A stretch of 64,000 nt of DNA from Bacillota bacterium (GCA_023459795.1 JAEWSP010000018.1:30946-94945), one strand, 5' to 3'. Positions 39,484-48,961 are shown, counted from the first letter of the stretch. The notes: generated by a model not told the origin, from the letters alone. Numbers and translations: made by a program.

Positions 39484-39559
39484 GGATCTTTAGCTCAGTT
39501 GGTAGAGCAACTGACCCTTAATCAGTGGGCCAAGGGTTCGAGTCCCTTAAGATCCACCA
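39484..39559 (+). tRNA. tRNA-Lys (anticodon CTT), 76 nt with encoded CCA
   Basis: Cloverleaf: acceptor GGATCTT/AAGATCC; D-arm GCTC-AGTTGGTA-GAGC; anticodon stem ACTGA/TCAGT with loop CCCTTAA; T-arm AAGGG-TTCGAGT-CCCTT; 3' ACCA. Position 33 is C, which is atypical. Confidence 0.8.
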
Positions 39560-39567
39560 GTGGAAAC

Positions 39568-39597
39568 AGAGAGCTCCCGGAAGGGAGCTCTTTTTGC
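39568..39597 (+). terminator. Rho-independent terminator after tRNA-Lys
   Basis: Hairpin AGAGCTCCC-ggaa-GGGAGCTCT followed by TTTTTG. Confidence 0.55.
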
Positions 39598-39676
39598 TGC
39601 TGTCTATAGAATGCTTAGACTCTTCCAAAAAACGATTTTGAAGGGTAAGGTCTTTGGAATAAGGTATAATTTCAGT

Positions 39677-41035
39677 ATGCTAGTTTTTGATACCATTGCA
39701 GCCCTTGCTACAGCAAATACCAAGGCTGCCTTAAGCATTGTCCGATTGTCCGGAGAGGAATCCCTCCGGATTCTTTCCCATCTGGTAACAAGAGATCCCA
39801 AGACCATCGAACCAAACCATATGTACTACGGCATCCTTTACAGGGATGCAGAAACGAAGGAAGAGATGATCGACGAGGCCGAATATGTTTATTACAAAGC
39901 GCCCCGGTCCTATACCGGTTTTGATGGCGTTGAATTCTTCCTGCACGGAAATCCCCTGATTTCGGAGTCCCTCCTTTCCGCTCTCGTCTTCTGGGGTGCC
40001 AGAAGAGCAGAGCGAGGAGAATTCTCGGCCCAGGCTTATTTCAACGGAAAGATGGATCTCCTCAAGGCGGAAGGAATCAACGACCTTATCAATGCCACCA
40101 GCAAGAGGGCAGTCGATATTGCAAGCAACACTCTTTCCGGCAAGAACTCGGAAGCGATGTCCGGTCTCAAGGCGAGGCTTCTGGAGTCTCTCTCCCAGCT
40201 CGAGTATTACGTCGAGAACCAGTACGAAGACGATGACAGCGATCATTTCCATACGGAGCTGGATAAGGTTGATCTGCAGCTTCAGAAAGAAACAAAGTCC
40301 CTTTTGGAGACTATCCGGAAGACGAAGCAGTCCAACCGGGAATACCAGGGCTTCAAGGTGGCAATCGTCGGAGAGCCCAACGTCGGTAAGTCTACGCTCC
40401 TGAACAAGATCGTCGGAGAAGACAGGGCTATCGTCTCGCCGATTCCGGGAACGACAAGGGATGTCGTAACGGGAGAGAGGGAGATCGACGGAATCCGTTT
40501 CTCTTTCGAAGATACAGCCGGAATAAGGAAAACCAAAGATGTCGTTGAGAACCTGGGGATCGAAAGATCCTACAATACGATCCGGAATGCAGACCTGGTG
40601 CTTCTTTTAAGCGAGTCCGGATTCAAAGAGTTCGAATCCCTTCCGGAAATCCAGGATGCCATCCAAGGCAAACCGGTATTAAGGATTGCCACCAAGAAGG
40701 ATCTCCATGGAGAAAACAAGGAAGCAGACCTGACGGTCTCCGACAAGGAAGACGACATGGCTTCCCTTATTTCCCTGTTCCAGAAGAAGCTAAGCCTGGA
40801 GAACAAGGAAGCTTCCTCCTTCCTCGGAGAAAGGGAAGAGGATCTCCTTATCGAGATCGAAGAACAGCTGGAGAAGACAAGGACTGCTATCCAGGAGACC
40901 CATTCCATCGATGTGGTATCGGATAGCCTGAGAGAAGCGGTCCATACGATCAACTCCCTGATGGGGAAGGACGAGAATGCGACTATGGAAGACATCTATC
41001 AGACTCTCTTCTCCCATTTCTGCCTAGGAAAATAA
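39677..41035 (+). CDS. mnmE: tRNA modification GTPase MnmE (TrmE)
   Basis: G1 motif GEPNVGKSTLLN and C-terminal CLGK. I chose the start at MLVFDT (39677); the track ORF start at 39560 overlaps the tRNA and terminator. Confidence 0.9.
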   Translation: MLVFDTIAALATANTKAALSIVRLSGEESLRILSHLVTRDPKTIEPNHMYYGILYRDAETKEEMIDEAEYVYYKAPRSYTGFDGVEFFLHGNPLISESLLSALVFWGARRAERGEFSAQAYFNGKMDLLKAEGINDLINATSKRAVDIASNTLSGKNSEAMSGLKARLLESLSQLEYYVENQYEDDDSDHFHTELDKVDLQLQKETKSLLETIRKTKQSNREYQGFKVAIVGEPNVGKSTLLNKIVGEDRAIVSPIPGTTRDVVTGEREIDGIRFSFEDTAGIRKTKDVVENLGIERSYNTIRNADLVLLLSESGFKEFESLPEIQDAIQGKPVLRIATKKDLHGENKEADLTVSDKEDDMASLISLFQKKLSLENKEASSFLGEREEDLLIEIEEQLEKTRTAIQETHSIDVVSDSLREAVHTINSLMGKDENATMEDIYQTLFSHFCLGK

Positions 41036-41036
41036 T

Positions 41037-41816
41037 ATGGAATACATCGATACCCACTGCCATCTGAACGACGACCAGCTCTATCCCGATAGAGAAGGAG
41101 CTGTAGAGCGGGCCAAGAAGAATGGCTGCCTGGCTTTTTTCAATGCCGCAGATTCCTTTTCCTCCTTCGGAAGGATCTTTTCCCTAGCCAAGGAATTCCC
41201 TGGCTTCTGCTATCCGGTTATCGGCATCCATCCGGAATATGCTTCCCTGCCAGAAGAAGAATTCGAAAAAGCTCTTCAGGCAATCGAAGAAAACAAGAAG
41301 AACATCAAGGCTATCGGAGAAATAGGACTGGATTACCATTATTCCAAGGACCCGGAAATAAAAGAGAAGCAGAAGGATAGGTTCATAAGGCAGATCCGGC
41401 TTGCCAAGAAGTTGTCCTTGCCGATAGTCATCCATTCCAGGGATGCCGATCAGGACTGCTATGACATCCTGAAGGAAGAACTACCGGACAAAGCCGATAT
41501 CCACTGCTACGGACAGAGCTATGAGATGCTTAAAAACTATCTCCGGCTTCCGATCCAGCTGAAGATCGGAATCGGAGGCGTTGTCACCTTCAAGAACAGC
41601 CGGGTGCTTAAGGAAGTCGTAGAGAAAGCACCTCTTTCTGTCCTGCTGACGGAAACAGACAGCCCGTATCTTTCTCCTGTTCCGAACAGAGGAAAAAGAA
41701 ACGAACCTTCCTATATTCCTTTTGTGCTTAAGGAGATTGCTCTCCTTCGCAAGGAAGAGGAAGAAGAGACTGCCAAAGCAATCCTGAAGAACGGAGAAGA
41801 TTTCTATGGATTATGA
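41037..41816 (+). CDS. tatD: TatD-family metal-dependent DNase/hydrolase
   Basis: N-terminal IDTHCHL and conserved His/Asp/Glu positions. Confidence 0.85.
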   Translation: MEYIDTHCHLNDDQLYPDREGAVERAKKNGCLAFFNAADSFSSFGRIFSLAKEFPGFCYPVIGIHPEYASLPEEEFEKALQAIEENKKNIKAIGEIGLDYHYSKDPEIKEKQKDRFIRQIRLAKKLSLPIVIHSRDADQDCYDILKEELPDKADIHCYGQSYEMLKNYLRLPIQLKIGIGGVVTFKNSRVLKEVVEKAPLSVLLTETDSPYLSPVPNRGKRNEPSYIPFVLKEIALLRKEEEEETAKAILKNGEDFYGL

Positions 41817-42348
41817 GAAGAAGTACTGCTATGTCTGCGAAGGCAAGACAGACGAAGACAGGCTGAAGAAAGCCGGTTGTCTGTTTGTCGTTGTCTCCGG
41901 CGGAAAATTCATCCGCCCGGAGATTTTGTCCTTCCTGTCTCTGGTCTCCAAGAAGCGGAATATAGTTCTTGTCACGGATCCGGATACACCCGGAGATATG
42001 ATCCGGAAGAAGATTGAATCCGTTGTCGGCCCATGCATTAATCTTCACGGGAAGAAGGAACAGGCAACTTATAACGGAAAGCTTGGGATTGCAGAGATGA
42101 GGCAGACCTCTGTAGATGCTCTCCTTGCTTCTTGCATAGAGCATGACAAAGCCATTGAGGAAGAGAGCGGATTCAGCCATGACGACTACCTGGATATGGG
42201 ACTAGAAGGTCTGGGAAGCAAGGAGAGAAGAGAAAGACTTATCAAGAAGTACAGCCTACCTCTTGCTTCCGGTAAGAGCGTCGAAGAAGAATGCCATATC
42301 CTTTCCTTGACCAAGGAAGAGATAAAGGAGGCAATTGCACATGAGTGA
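41806..42348 (+). CDS. rnmV: Ribonuclease M5 (Toprim domain, 5S rRNA maturase)
   Basis: Toprim signature (VVVSGG...VLVTDPDTPGDMIRKKI). Conserved tatD-rnmV-ksgA order. Confidence 0.8.
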   Translation: MDYEKKYCYVCEGKTDEDRLKKAGCLFVVVSGGKFIRPEILSFLSLVSKKRNIVLVTDPDTPGDMIRKKIESVVGPCINLHGKKEQATYNGKLGIAEMRQTSVDALLASCIEHDKAIEEESGFSHDDYLDMGLEGLGSKERRERLIKKYSLPLASGKSVEEECHILSLTKEEIKEAIAHE

Positions 42349-43159
42349 GCAGGATAGAATCCAAGGACTGTTGAAGGAATACGGCTATATCGCCAAGAAG
42401 TCCTTCGGACAGAATTTCCTTATCAACGAAGGAATCATAAGAAGAATCGTCGACCAGATGAAGCCGGAGACTTTCGAGACCGTAATCGAGATCGGTCCTG
42501 GCCTTGGAGCACTGACTCTTCCTCTTTCCCAGAAGAGCAAAAAGCTTTATGCCGTCGATGCAGACAGGGATATGATCACTATCCTCCATGAGATCTTCGA
42601 TTCCAAGAAGAATGTCACCTTGGTCCAGTCCGATTTCCTCCGCTTCGATCCGGACTCTGTCTCCCGGAAGGAAGATAGGCTGCTCATTGGGAACCTTCCT
42701 TACAACATCACTTCCGAGCTTTTTGAATATATGCTTGAAAAAGGGTTTGCTTCTGCCGGTGCCATGGTCCAGAAGGAAGTCTATGAGAAGCTAAGCTATA
42801 CCCCGGGGAAGTCAACCAACACTGCTCTAGGAGCTTTTATCGAAAGCATGGGAAAGCTCTCCCTGCTGACACTTGTCGACCACTCCTCCTTCGATCCTTC
42901 CCCGAAGGTGGAGTCCGCCTTCGTAAGGATTGATACGGATCCGAAGAAGTCGATTTCCTTCTCCCTCTATCCTGTCTATAAGGCACTCTTCCGGAATCCG
43001 AACAAGACCATCCACAACTGCCTCAAGGAGGTGCCGGAATATAGGGACTCCCTTCCTACGCTAAGCCAGGAAAAGCCGGAGCTTCTTTCTTCCAGGGCAC
43101 GGCAACTGGACGTGAAGACACTGCAAAAACTAGCCGAAGAAATCCAGAAGCTTTCCTAG
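42335..43159 (+). CDS. rsmA: 16S rRNA (adenine1518/1519-N6)-dimethyltransferase KsgA/RsmA
   Basis: FGQNFLIN motif and IGPGLGALT SAM-binding motif. Confidence 0.9.
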   Translation: MHMSEQDRIQGLLKEYGYIAKKSFGQNFLINEGIIRRIVDQMKPETFETVIEIGPGLGALTLPLSQKSKKLYAVDADRDMITILHEIFDSKKNVTLVQSDFLRFDPDSVSRKEDRLLIGNLPYNITSELFEYMLEKGFASAGAMVQKEVYEKLSYTPGKSTNTALGAFIESMGKLSLLTLVDHSSFDPSPKVESAFVRIDTDPKKSISFSLYPVYKALFRNPNKTIHNCLKEVPEYRDSLPTLSQEKPELLSSRARQLDVKTLQKLAEEIQKLS

Positions 43160-43364
43160 AACTGTTTTTAGGCGCCAAAGGGAATTAATTTTACCGAAAA
43201 AACCAGTTTCAAAACATTTCCTAACCCTTGGGGATGGTTACTACAGCAAAACAGGGTTGCCTTTGTCGGGAATGACTCTACCCAGTTCGCTTTAAATAAG
43301 CTTGAGTAGCCCATTCCATCTTCGGAAATATGTAGATGATTATACTACTCACCTACCAAGAAAA

Positions 43365-44255
43365 CTAATTAAGGAACTTTTCGCAGTTAAATATATTTTC
43401 TTCATAACTTTGTGTTAACCGGTCTTTCATCTCACCCTCTGTAACTTTTCCGTATTTTCTTTCATAAAGAGAAATTATAGAGGTCATTATTGGAGCGGAG
43501 AAACTTGTCCCACTCTTTTCATTAATAACGATTCCATTCTCACATTCGTCTAAACAGATTATATCTAAGCAGGGTAAAAGAAAACAAGAGGAGTTAAAGT
43601 TTGCTTTTTTCCAAACGTTACATTCCTTATCTATTCCTGAAACAGCAATGACATTTCCATACGCGGCCGGGTACAACAAACTATCTGTTCCGGAATTTCC
43701 GGAACTGGCAACAACAATAATTCCTTTGCTTATGCATCTATCGATGGCAGCCCTAATCAAGCCGGAATCGTTCTTTATTCCTAAAGAAATATTGACTATA
43801 TCAATGCCATATTCACAACAACAATACAATGCGGATTCAACTTCTTGAATAGAGGCAATATTATCTTTACCCTCAACATCAAAAATGTAGATATCAGAAC
43901 AACAAGCCAAACCCAAATTATTGTATTCGGAGCAACCAATTATTGAAAATGTACTTAATCCGTGACTGGAATGTTGCTTACGCTCAACAGTGTTGTTAAA
44001 AACAATGTTTTGATTATGATAAACCGAGTTTTGAATTCCGGAATCTAGGACAGCAATTTTCGGAAAATACACAGCTTTTTCGTTACCTTTGGATAAGTTT
44101 ATTTCTTGCAAATAGTAGGCATTGTAGGGGATACTATTACGGTTTTTTGTTAAGCAGAAAAAGAAAGTACAAAAAACAAGCAGACCGGTTACAAGCTTAT
44201 GCCTTCGCATCTTTTTGATTTTCCGGACCCTGCTTTGCCTTATACGCTTGGACAA
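43365..44255 (-). CDS. Compact membrane-anchored subtilisin-like serine protease (peptidase S8), 296 aa
   Basis: Catalytic triad contexts IAVLDSGIQ (Asp), SSHGLSTFSI (His), NISLG (oxyanion Asn) and GTSFSAPIMTS (Ser). N-terminal TM LVTGLLVFCTFFFCL. No clear SD; the start is uncertain (M1 or M16). Confidence 0.75.
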   Translation of the reverse strand: MSKRIRQSRVRKIKKMRRHKLVTGLLVFCTFFFCLTKNRNSIPYNAYYLQEINLSKGNEKAVYFPKIAVLDSGIQNSVYHNQNIVFNNTVERKQHSSHGLSTFSIIGCSEYNNLGLACCSDIYIFDVEGKDNIASIQEVESALYCCCEYGIDIVNISLGIKNDSGLIRAAIDRCISKGIIVVASSGNSGTDSLLYPAAYGNVIAVSGIDKECNVWKKANFNSSCFLLPCLDIICLDECENGIVINEKSGTSFSAPIMTSIISLYERKYGKVTEGEMKDRLTQSYEENIFNCEKFLN

Positions 44256-44697
44256 ACTTCTTCTTTTTCCGGTATTCGAAAAGAAGAATGATAAAGATAG
44301 CTAATACCGATACGATTTCGACGATATAGCCGGTAACGGAAGAAACGAAGAAGTAGACAAGAGTAAAACTAATCCCTGCCACTACAAAGAAAAAACTGAA
44401 AAGAACGAATCCGTTATTAAAAAGATTCGGATAAGAAAAACTCAGATGGGCATCCTTATTGGATATTTCTTTTGTCGGATACTTTTCTTCTTCTGGCTTC
44501 CCTTTGGAAAAGAAACCAAGTTCAAAGAAGAAGTCTTCATAGCCATAACCAAGAAAGGCAGGAAGGCATAGAATCAGGCTTTTTCCAAAGTACTCCAAAG
44601 ATAAGAACTTTGTGTTTTCCAAGGTAAAACCGTAAACGAGGATTGCCAGGACTACGAATATAGGAGTACAAATCAAACGAAGTTGCCATTTTTTCAT
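44197..44697 (-). CDS. Hypothetical small polytopic membrane protein (166 aa), possible immunity-type protein
   Basis: MKKWQLRL start. About four TM helices and a K-rich C-terminus. Lies between the secreted protein and the S8 protease. Confidence 0.45.
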   Translation of the reverse strand: MKKWQLRLICTPIFVVLAILVYGFTLENTKFLSLEYFGKSLILCLPAFLGYGYEDFFFELGFFSKGKPEEEKYPTKEISNKDAHLSFSYPNLFNNGFVLFSFFFVVAGISFTLVYFFVSSVTGYIVEIVSVLAIFIILLFEYRKKKKFVQAYKAKQGPENQKDAKA

Positions 44698-44699
44698 TT

Positions 44700-45530
44700 T
44701 TATTGAAGTCCAAACGCAAACTGACGTTCCCACGAAAATGAGATTGAAATACCATCTTTAATAAAATGAGAATAGATATAGTCGAAAAGCTCAGATAAAC
44801 AAACAGAGACAAAAAAATTCACAACAAACCTTACTAATGCATGTTCGGATAAAACAGAGATAGCAGAAACGACAGCCAAAATGACAGGATTACCAGTAAC
44901 AGCTCCAAAAAGAGCTAAACTAGCCGCCATAACAATAGGCGTTCTGGTTGCCATAAACAATGCCGTAATTCCTTCAACAATAAACCCTGTCCCATAAGAG
45001 AGAATTTTTCTACAGGTGGAGGCATCAATCTTGAAAACAAATTGATCCGGAACATAAATTCCCCACCAAAGTTTTTTCCAAGTTAAATTGAAGGAATTTT
45101 CCCCTTCGCTTTCTTCTTCAAAACCAGAATACTTAATTAGTGCCGATTCATAGGCATCGATGATTGTGTTTTCTCCAACAAGTTCTGCTTCTTCAGCAGA
45201 AAGCCGGTTTTCCAAAGAAGCAATAACGTTTCTAGAAACATCCAAGAAATAGTTGGATCCTTTTTCATCACATTCAGCAAAGACATTATCCAAACTATTC
45301 TTTGCCTTGGAAATGTTAGATAAGATTTCCTTTCTTGACGCAGGTACTTCAATATCACTAATAGAAAGGTTGGAATAGCAGTCTTCAATTTTATCAAGTT
45401 GGTCCTGAACCTCTTCTTCTTTGGCTGAATTTATTCCAACATTAGTTGGACCTTTGGAATTCTTTCCAAAACATAAAAAACTACTCAATACAGTTATGAT
45501 AGTCAATGCTTTTTTTAATGGCACTTGCAT
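44700..45530 (-). CDS. Hypothetical secreted protein with N-terminal signal peptide and glycine-zipper-like hydrophobic C-terminal region (276 aa)
   Basis: I chose the start at MQVPLKKALTIITVLSSFLCFG, which has a GAGG SD 8 nt upstream. The central domain is acidic and helical. The C-terminal 100 aa or so are rich in small residues with GxxxA patterns (GTGFIVEGITALFMATRTPIVMAASLALFGAVTGNPVILAVVSAISVL). Confidence 0.45.
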   Translation of the reverse strand: MQVPLKKALTIITVLSSFLCFGKNSKGPTNVGINSAKEEEVQDQLDKIEDCYSNLSISDIEVPASRKEILSNISKAKNSLDNVFAECDEKGSNYFLDVSRNVIASLENRLSAEEAELVGENTIIDAYESALIKYSGFEEESEGENSFNLTWKKLWWGIYVPDQFVFKIDASTCRKILSYGTGFIVEGITALFMATRTPIVMAASLALFGAVTGNPVILAVVSAISVLSEHALVRFVVNFFVSVCLSELFDYIYSHFIKDGISISFSWERQFAFGLQ

Positions 45531-45549
45531 ATTTTTTGCCTCGTTGATA

Positions 45550-45578
45550 ATCATAGTGTGTAGATAACTTAAAGTCAA
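45550..45578 (-). promoter_or_regulatory. Sigma70-type promoter for the islet operon (-35 TTGACT, 17 nt, -10 TATGAT on minus strand)
   Basis: Consensus-like hexamers. The predicted TSS is about 12 nt upstream of the ATG at 45530. Confidence 0.45.
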
Positions 45579-45979
45579 TATCGTGTTTTTTGATTACACC
45601 ACTTTTTTGTTCTTGTTATAAATTGTTTTCTAACACAACTGTTTTTTTATAAGAATCGTCTTTGCTTTGTGTTGCACCATGAGAGCAATTGTAAAGCTCC
45701 TCTTTTGGCTTCAAATGCTTTTCTGAGTTTTGCCCCCAAGAAATTTTGCGGTCTGAAAAGAAGCATATGCTGAACATTTTTCGTCAAAAGCTCTAGACAA
45801 AAACAGATTTGCTTTGGAAAGGGCATTCCGCGAACCATTTTCAAAAAGCAACGTCAATTCCAAAACTTAGATGCCAAAAACTTTCTAAGCTCGTCTTCTA
45901 ATTGCTTCTAATTCATTTGAACGCTTTTGCAACCGCCCCTTCATAAACAACCATTTCCGCTCTTTCCAGTAGCTGCGGC

Positions 45980-46885
45980 TTATTCTTCTTTCTTGTTGTT
46001 CTTCTCTGTTTCTTTTTCTTCTTTCTTCTCCTGCTTATGCTTCTGATGCTCTTTGTAGAAATCCTGATCGATCCAGAGGATCCGTTCCGAGAACTCCGGA
46101 TATTTCTTGAATACGAAATAGCTGGAGAGGATGCCGAGAAGCGCACCGCAGGCATCGGCAATGATGTCTCCGTCCGTATCCGTAACAGCATACCTATAGC
46201 CTGTAAATGTCTTGTAGTAATTCGTCATATCCGTCTCGCTGAGGTGGCAGTTCCCCGTATTCCACATCTCTCCGTTTGCTCCCCCGAGAATCCCCGTATC
46301 CTGATCGATGCAGGCATAAAGATCGTCCGGAATATATTTCTGCATGTTCGTATGGAAGATCAGGTCTGCTCCGCCTTCATACAGTTCCCACAAGGCTTCG
46401 ACGGCAACTCCGAAGAAGAAGCCGAAGAGAAGGCATAAGCCGGTCGCTTGTCTTCCTGTATATCCGTTCTTCTTCATGAGAAGCTTCATCAAGACAAAGC
46501 CTGCCAGGGCAAGCTGTGCCGTTCCTATCGTATGGAGGAATTTATCGAATCCGTAATCCCCGAGGTTGTAGTAGACCTGGCAGGCTTCTCCGAGGAAGAC
46601 GGAGACGAAGAGGTCAAAGGCGATGAACAGATCCACTGGCTTTCCGACACGGAAACCAGTCAGATGTTCGACAATCATCGGTCCCCAGATACCTAGGAAT
46701 GCGCAGGAAGACCCGACGATAACCGTCCTTGCCTGGACCGGATCCCACTGGAAAGGACGATGGGTAGCAATGCCGCCTTCCGGATAGAACGGCCTTACCT
46801 TGCAAAGGGATAGGATTGCAAAGACCATGAGCATGGAGAAAACAGAGGTTTCAATGATATACAGGGTCTTTCGGTAAGATGCCAT
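45980..46885 (-). CDS. Hypothetical polytopic membrane protein with KE-rich C-terminus (301 aa)
   Basis: Six or more TM helices. The tail is KEHQKHKQEKKEEKETEKNNKKEE. Normal GC content. Confidence 0.5.
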   Translation of the reverse strand: MASYRKTLYIIETSVFSMLMVFAILSLCKVRPFYPEGGIATHRPFQWDPVQARTVIVGSSCAFLGIWGPMIVEHLTGFRVGKPVDLFIAFDLFVSVFLGEACQVYYNLGDYGFDKFLHTIGTAQLALAGFVLMKLLMKKNGYTGRQATGLCLLFGFFFGVAVEALWELYEGGADLIFHTNMQKYIPDDLYACIDQDTGILGGANGEMWNTGNCHLSETDMTNYYKTFTGYRYAVTDTDGDIIADACGALLGILSSYFVFKKYPEFSERILWIDQDFYKEHQKHKQEKKEEKETEKNNKKEE

Positions 46886-47019
46886 ACGCCGCTCCTTTAA
46901 TACTTCTTATTTTAGCGAAAAAAACAGGAATTGGAACCACGATTAGCGGAAAGAGAGTAAGAAAGAAAAAGAGGAAATGAAAAAGGCCCGTTTCCGGGCC
47001 TTTGTGTTGGTTTCTAAAC

Positions 47020-47994
47020 CTACTTGACGTACTTGGAGATAATATCGGAGACAGACTTGTTGTTGCTGATGGCATCGATGCAGGCAGCAATGGTCGGAGC
47101 AAGGGAGACAACCGTGATGTTGAGATCCTTGTTCTTCTTGAACCGTTCATCCAGCGGGATGGAGTCCGTGACCCAGAGACGATCGAACGGGCAGGCGCTG
47201 AGACGGGTATAGGCAGGATCGGAAAGGACAGGGTGGACAACAGCCATCATGACCTTCTTGGCACCGAACTTCTTAAGAGCGGCACCGGCAGCAATCGCAG
47301 AACCGGCAGTATCGATCATATCGTCGACGATCAGGCAATCCTTATCCTTGACGTCTCCGACAATGTTCATGACTTCCGGCTGACGGGAGCTGTTACGTCT
47401 CTTATCGATGATGGCAATCGGAGCATCCAGGATCTCCGCAAAGTTGCGGGCGCGGACGACTCCGCCATGATCCGGCGAGACAACGACAAGGTTGGCCTTG
47501 TCGACGCTTTCGTCATGCTTGACGGTATAGCCGAGAAGCGGAACGGCAGTAATGTCATCTTCAAGGCAGGAGAAGAAAGCCTGCTCCTGGGCTGCATGAA
47601 GATTGAAGGTGAGGATACGATCGGCACCGGCAGTGACATAAAGATCAGCAACGAGCTTACTGGAAATCGGCTCACGCGGCTTGGACTTTCTATCCTGACG
47701 GGCATATCCGAAGTAAGGAATGATGACGTTGATTTCGCTGGCAGATGCTCTCTTGAGAGCATCAATGAAGACCAAAGTCTCCATAATATTTTCATTGACC
47801 GGCGGGCAGGTAGATTCGATGATAAATACCCTCTTGCCCCGGACACAGGTCTCTGGGCAGGCCATCACTTCTTTGGACGGAAATACTTCCAGATGTACCT
47901 TCCCTAATGTCGTCCCCAGCTCCTTCGCAACGGCTTCGGCCAGATCGACGTTGGCGCTTAACGCATAGAGAATGGCATCATTACCAAAATTCAT
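47020..47994 (-). CDS. prs: Ribose-phosphate pyrophosphokinase
   Basis: PRPP-binding motifs: VVSPDHGGVVRARNFA and DDMIDTAGS. Confidence 0.9.
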   Translation of the reverse strand: MNFGNDAILYALSANVDLAEAVAKELGTTLGKVHLEVFPSKEVMACPETCVRGKRVFIIESTCPPVNENIMETLVFIDALKRASASEINVIIPYFGYARQDRKSKPREPISSKLVADLYVTAGADRILTFNLHAAQEQAFFSCLEDDITAVPLLGYTVKHDESVDKANLVVVSPDHGGVVRARNFAEILDAPIAIIDKRRNSSRQPEVMNIVGDVKDKDCLIVDDMIDTAGSAIAAGAALKKFGAKKVMMAVVHPVLSDPAYTRLSACPFDRLWVTDSIPLDERFKKNKDLNITVVSLAPTIAACIDAISNNKSVSDIISKYVK

Positions 47995-48188
47995 ATCGAA
48001 AGGTTCCCCCTAACGGAATTATTCTAACACTCTTAGAGTTGGTTTCTAAGACTAATCCGCAAAAGGAGGGAAGCAATCGCTTTCTTTTCCCAAGGGACTT
48101 GAAAGGCAGCTTTTCAGGGAAATAGAATCCGGATCCAGGGGAAGAGAAAAAAGAGGCTTAACAGCAAGAAAATATCTGTTTTGATTTT

Positions 48189-48222
48189 TGAAAAACGAAA
48201 AACAGCCTCCCTTAGGAGGCTG
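48189..48222 (-). terminator. Rho-independent terminator after pgmB
   Basis: Hairpin CAGCCTCC-ctta-GGAGGCTG with a minus-strand U-run. Confidence 0.5.
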
Positions 48223-48225
48223 TGC

Positions 48226-48879
48226 TTAATTCAGCTTGTTTTCTTTTTGAAGGATAGGAAGGATATCGGAAATGCCGACAAGCGGGTAATCTGTCTGATA
48301 GTAGGATGCTGCTTCTTTTACTCCGGCAGTCTTATACCCGCCTTCCTTGGCGGCTTTGATAGCAGAGAACCCATCCTCGACGACCAGGATATCCTTCGGA
48401 GAGAGGACAAGAGCCTTGGCAATCTTGTCGAAGATAACGGAATCATGTCTTGCGACATCAACGTCGTTTCCGTCGACGACCACATCGAAGACATGTTCCA
48501 TCTTGATCTTGGAAAGAATGGTTTCGCAGTTCGTAGATGCTGTTCCGATAGCTACCTTGATTCCGTTCTTCTTCAAAAGCTCAATGGTGGAACGGACTTC
48601 TTCCGGACAGTCCATCTCGGTGAGCTGGGTAAGAAAATTCTGGTAGATAGCATTCTTTTTGTCGGAAATGGCAATTTTCTCTTCTTCCGTGTAGTTCTTG
48701 TTGGCACGCTTTGCCATCAAGGCGACACAGTCCATGCGGTTGGTTCCCCGCATCTGATTATAAACGGAACGGTCAAAAGGGATTCCTTCCTCCTCGGCTA
48801 CGGATTTCCAGGAACGATAATGGTATTCGTCAGTATCGGCAATTACACCATCGATATTAAAAATAACCGCTTGGATCAT
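48226..48879 (-). CDS. pgmB: HAD-family beta-phosphoglucomutase-like hydrolase
   Basis: IFNIDGVIADTDEYHYRSWK motif I, GTASTN, and EDGFSAIKAAKEGG motif IV. Strong resemblance to beta-PGM. Confidence 0.7.
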   Translation of the reverse strand: MIQAVIFNIDGVIADTDEYHYRSWKSVAEEEGIPFDRSVYNQMRGTNRMDCVALMAKRANKNYTEEEKIAISDKKNAIYQNFLTQLTEMDCPEEVRSTIELLKKNGIKVAIGTASTNCETILSKIKMEHVFDVVVDGNDVDVARHDSVIFDKIAKALVLSPKDILVVEDGFSAIKAAKEGGYKTAGVKEAASYYQTDYPLVGISDILPILQKENKLN

Positions 48880-48961
48880 ACCCGATTCCTCCTTCTGAGG
48901 ACCTCAAATTGAGCGACAAATAGATATTTTATCAAGCAAATTGTTGCAACTCAACTTATGT

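Larger units (their letters stand above)
43200..45950. other. Low-GC islet (~2.7 kb; ~35% GC vs ~50% for flanks by eye) carrying a 3-gene minus-strand module
   Basis: Clear compositional shift on inspection (AT-rich codons; runs such as ttaattaaggaacttttcgcagttaaatatatttt). No integrase, transposase or tRNA target was seen. Confidence 0.5.

Noticed and set aside
39560-39676. Track start of the mnmE ORF at 39560 (METESSRKG…)
   Set aside because: It would overlap the tRNA-Lys 3' end and its terminator hairpin. The homology-supported start is MLVFDT at 39677.
45647-45844. 65-aa basic ORF (and a 50-aa TTG-initiated frame) in the 400-bp spacer upstream of the islet operon
   Set aside because: No SD, no ATG in the better-looking frame, and composition is not clearly protein-like. 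It is flagged only as a place to look for a small precursor peptide.
43160-45980. Integrase, transposase or IS element at the islet borders
   Set aside because: No such coding sequence, no terminal inverted repeats and no direct repeats were found by eye. I have not annotated the islet as a mobile element.
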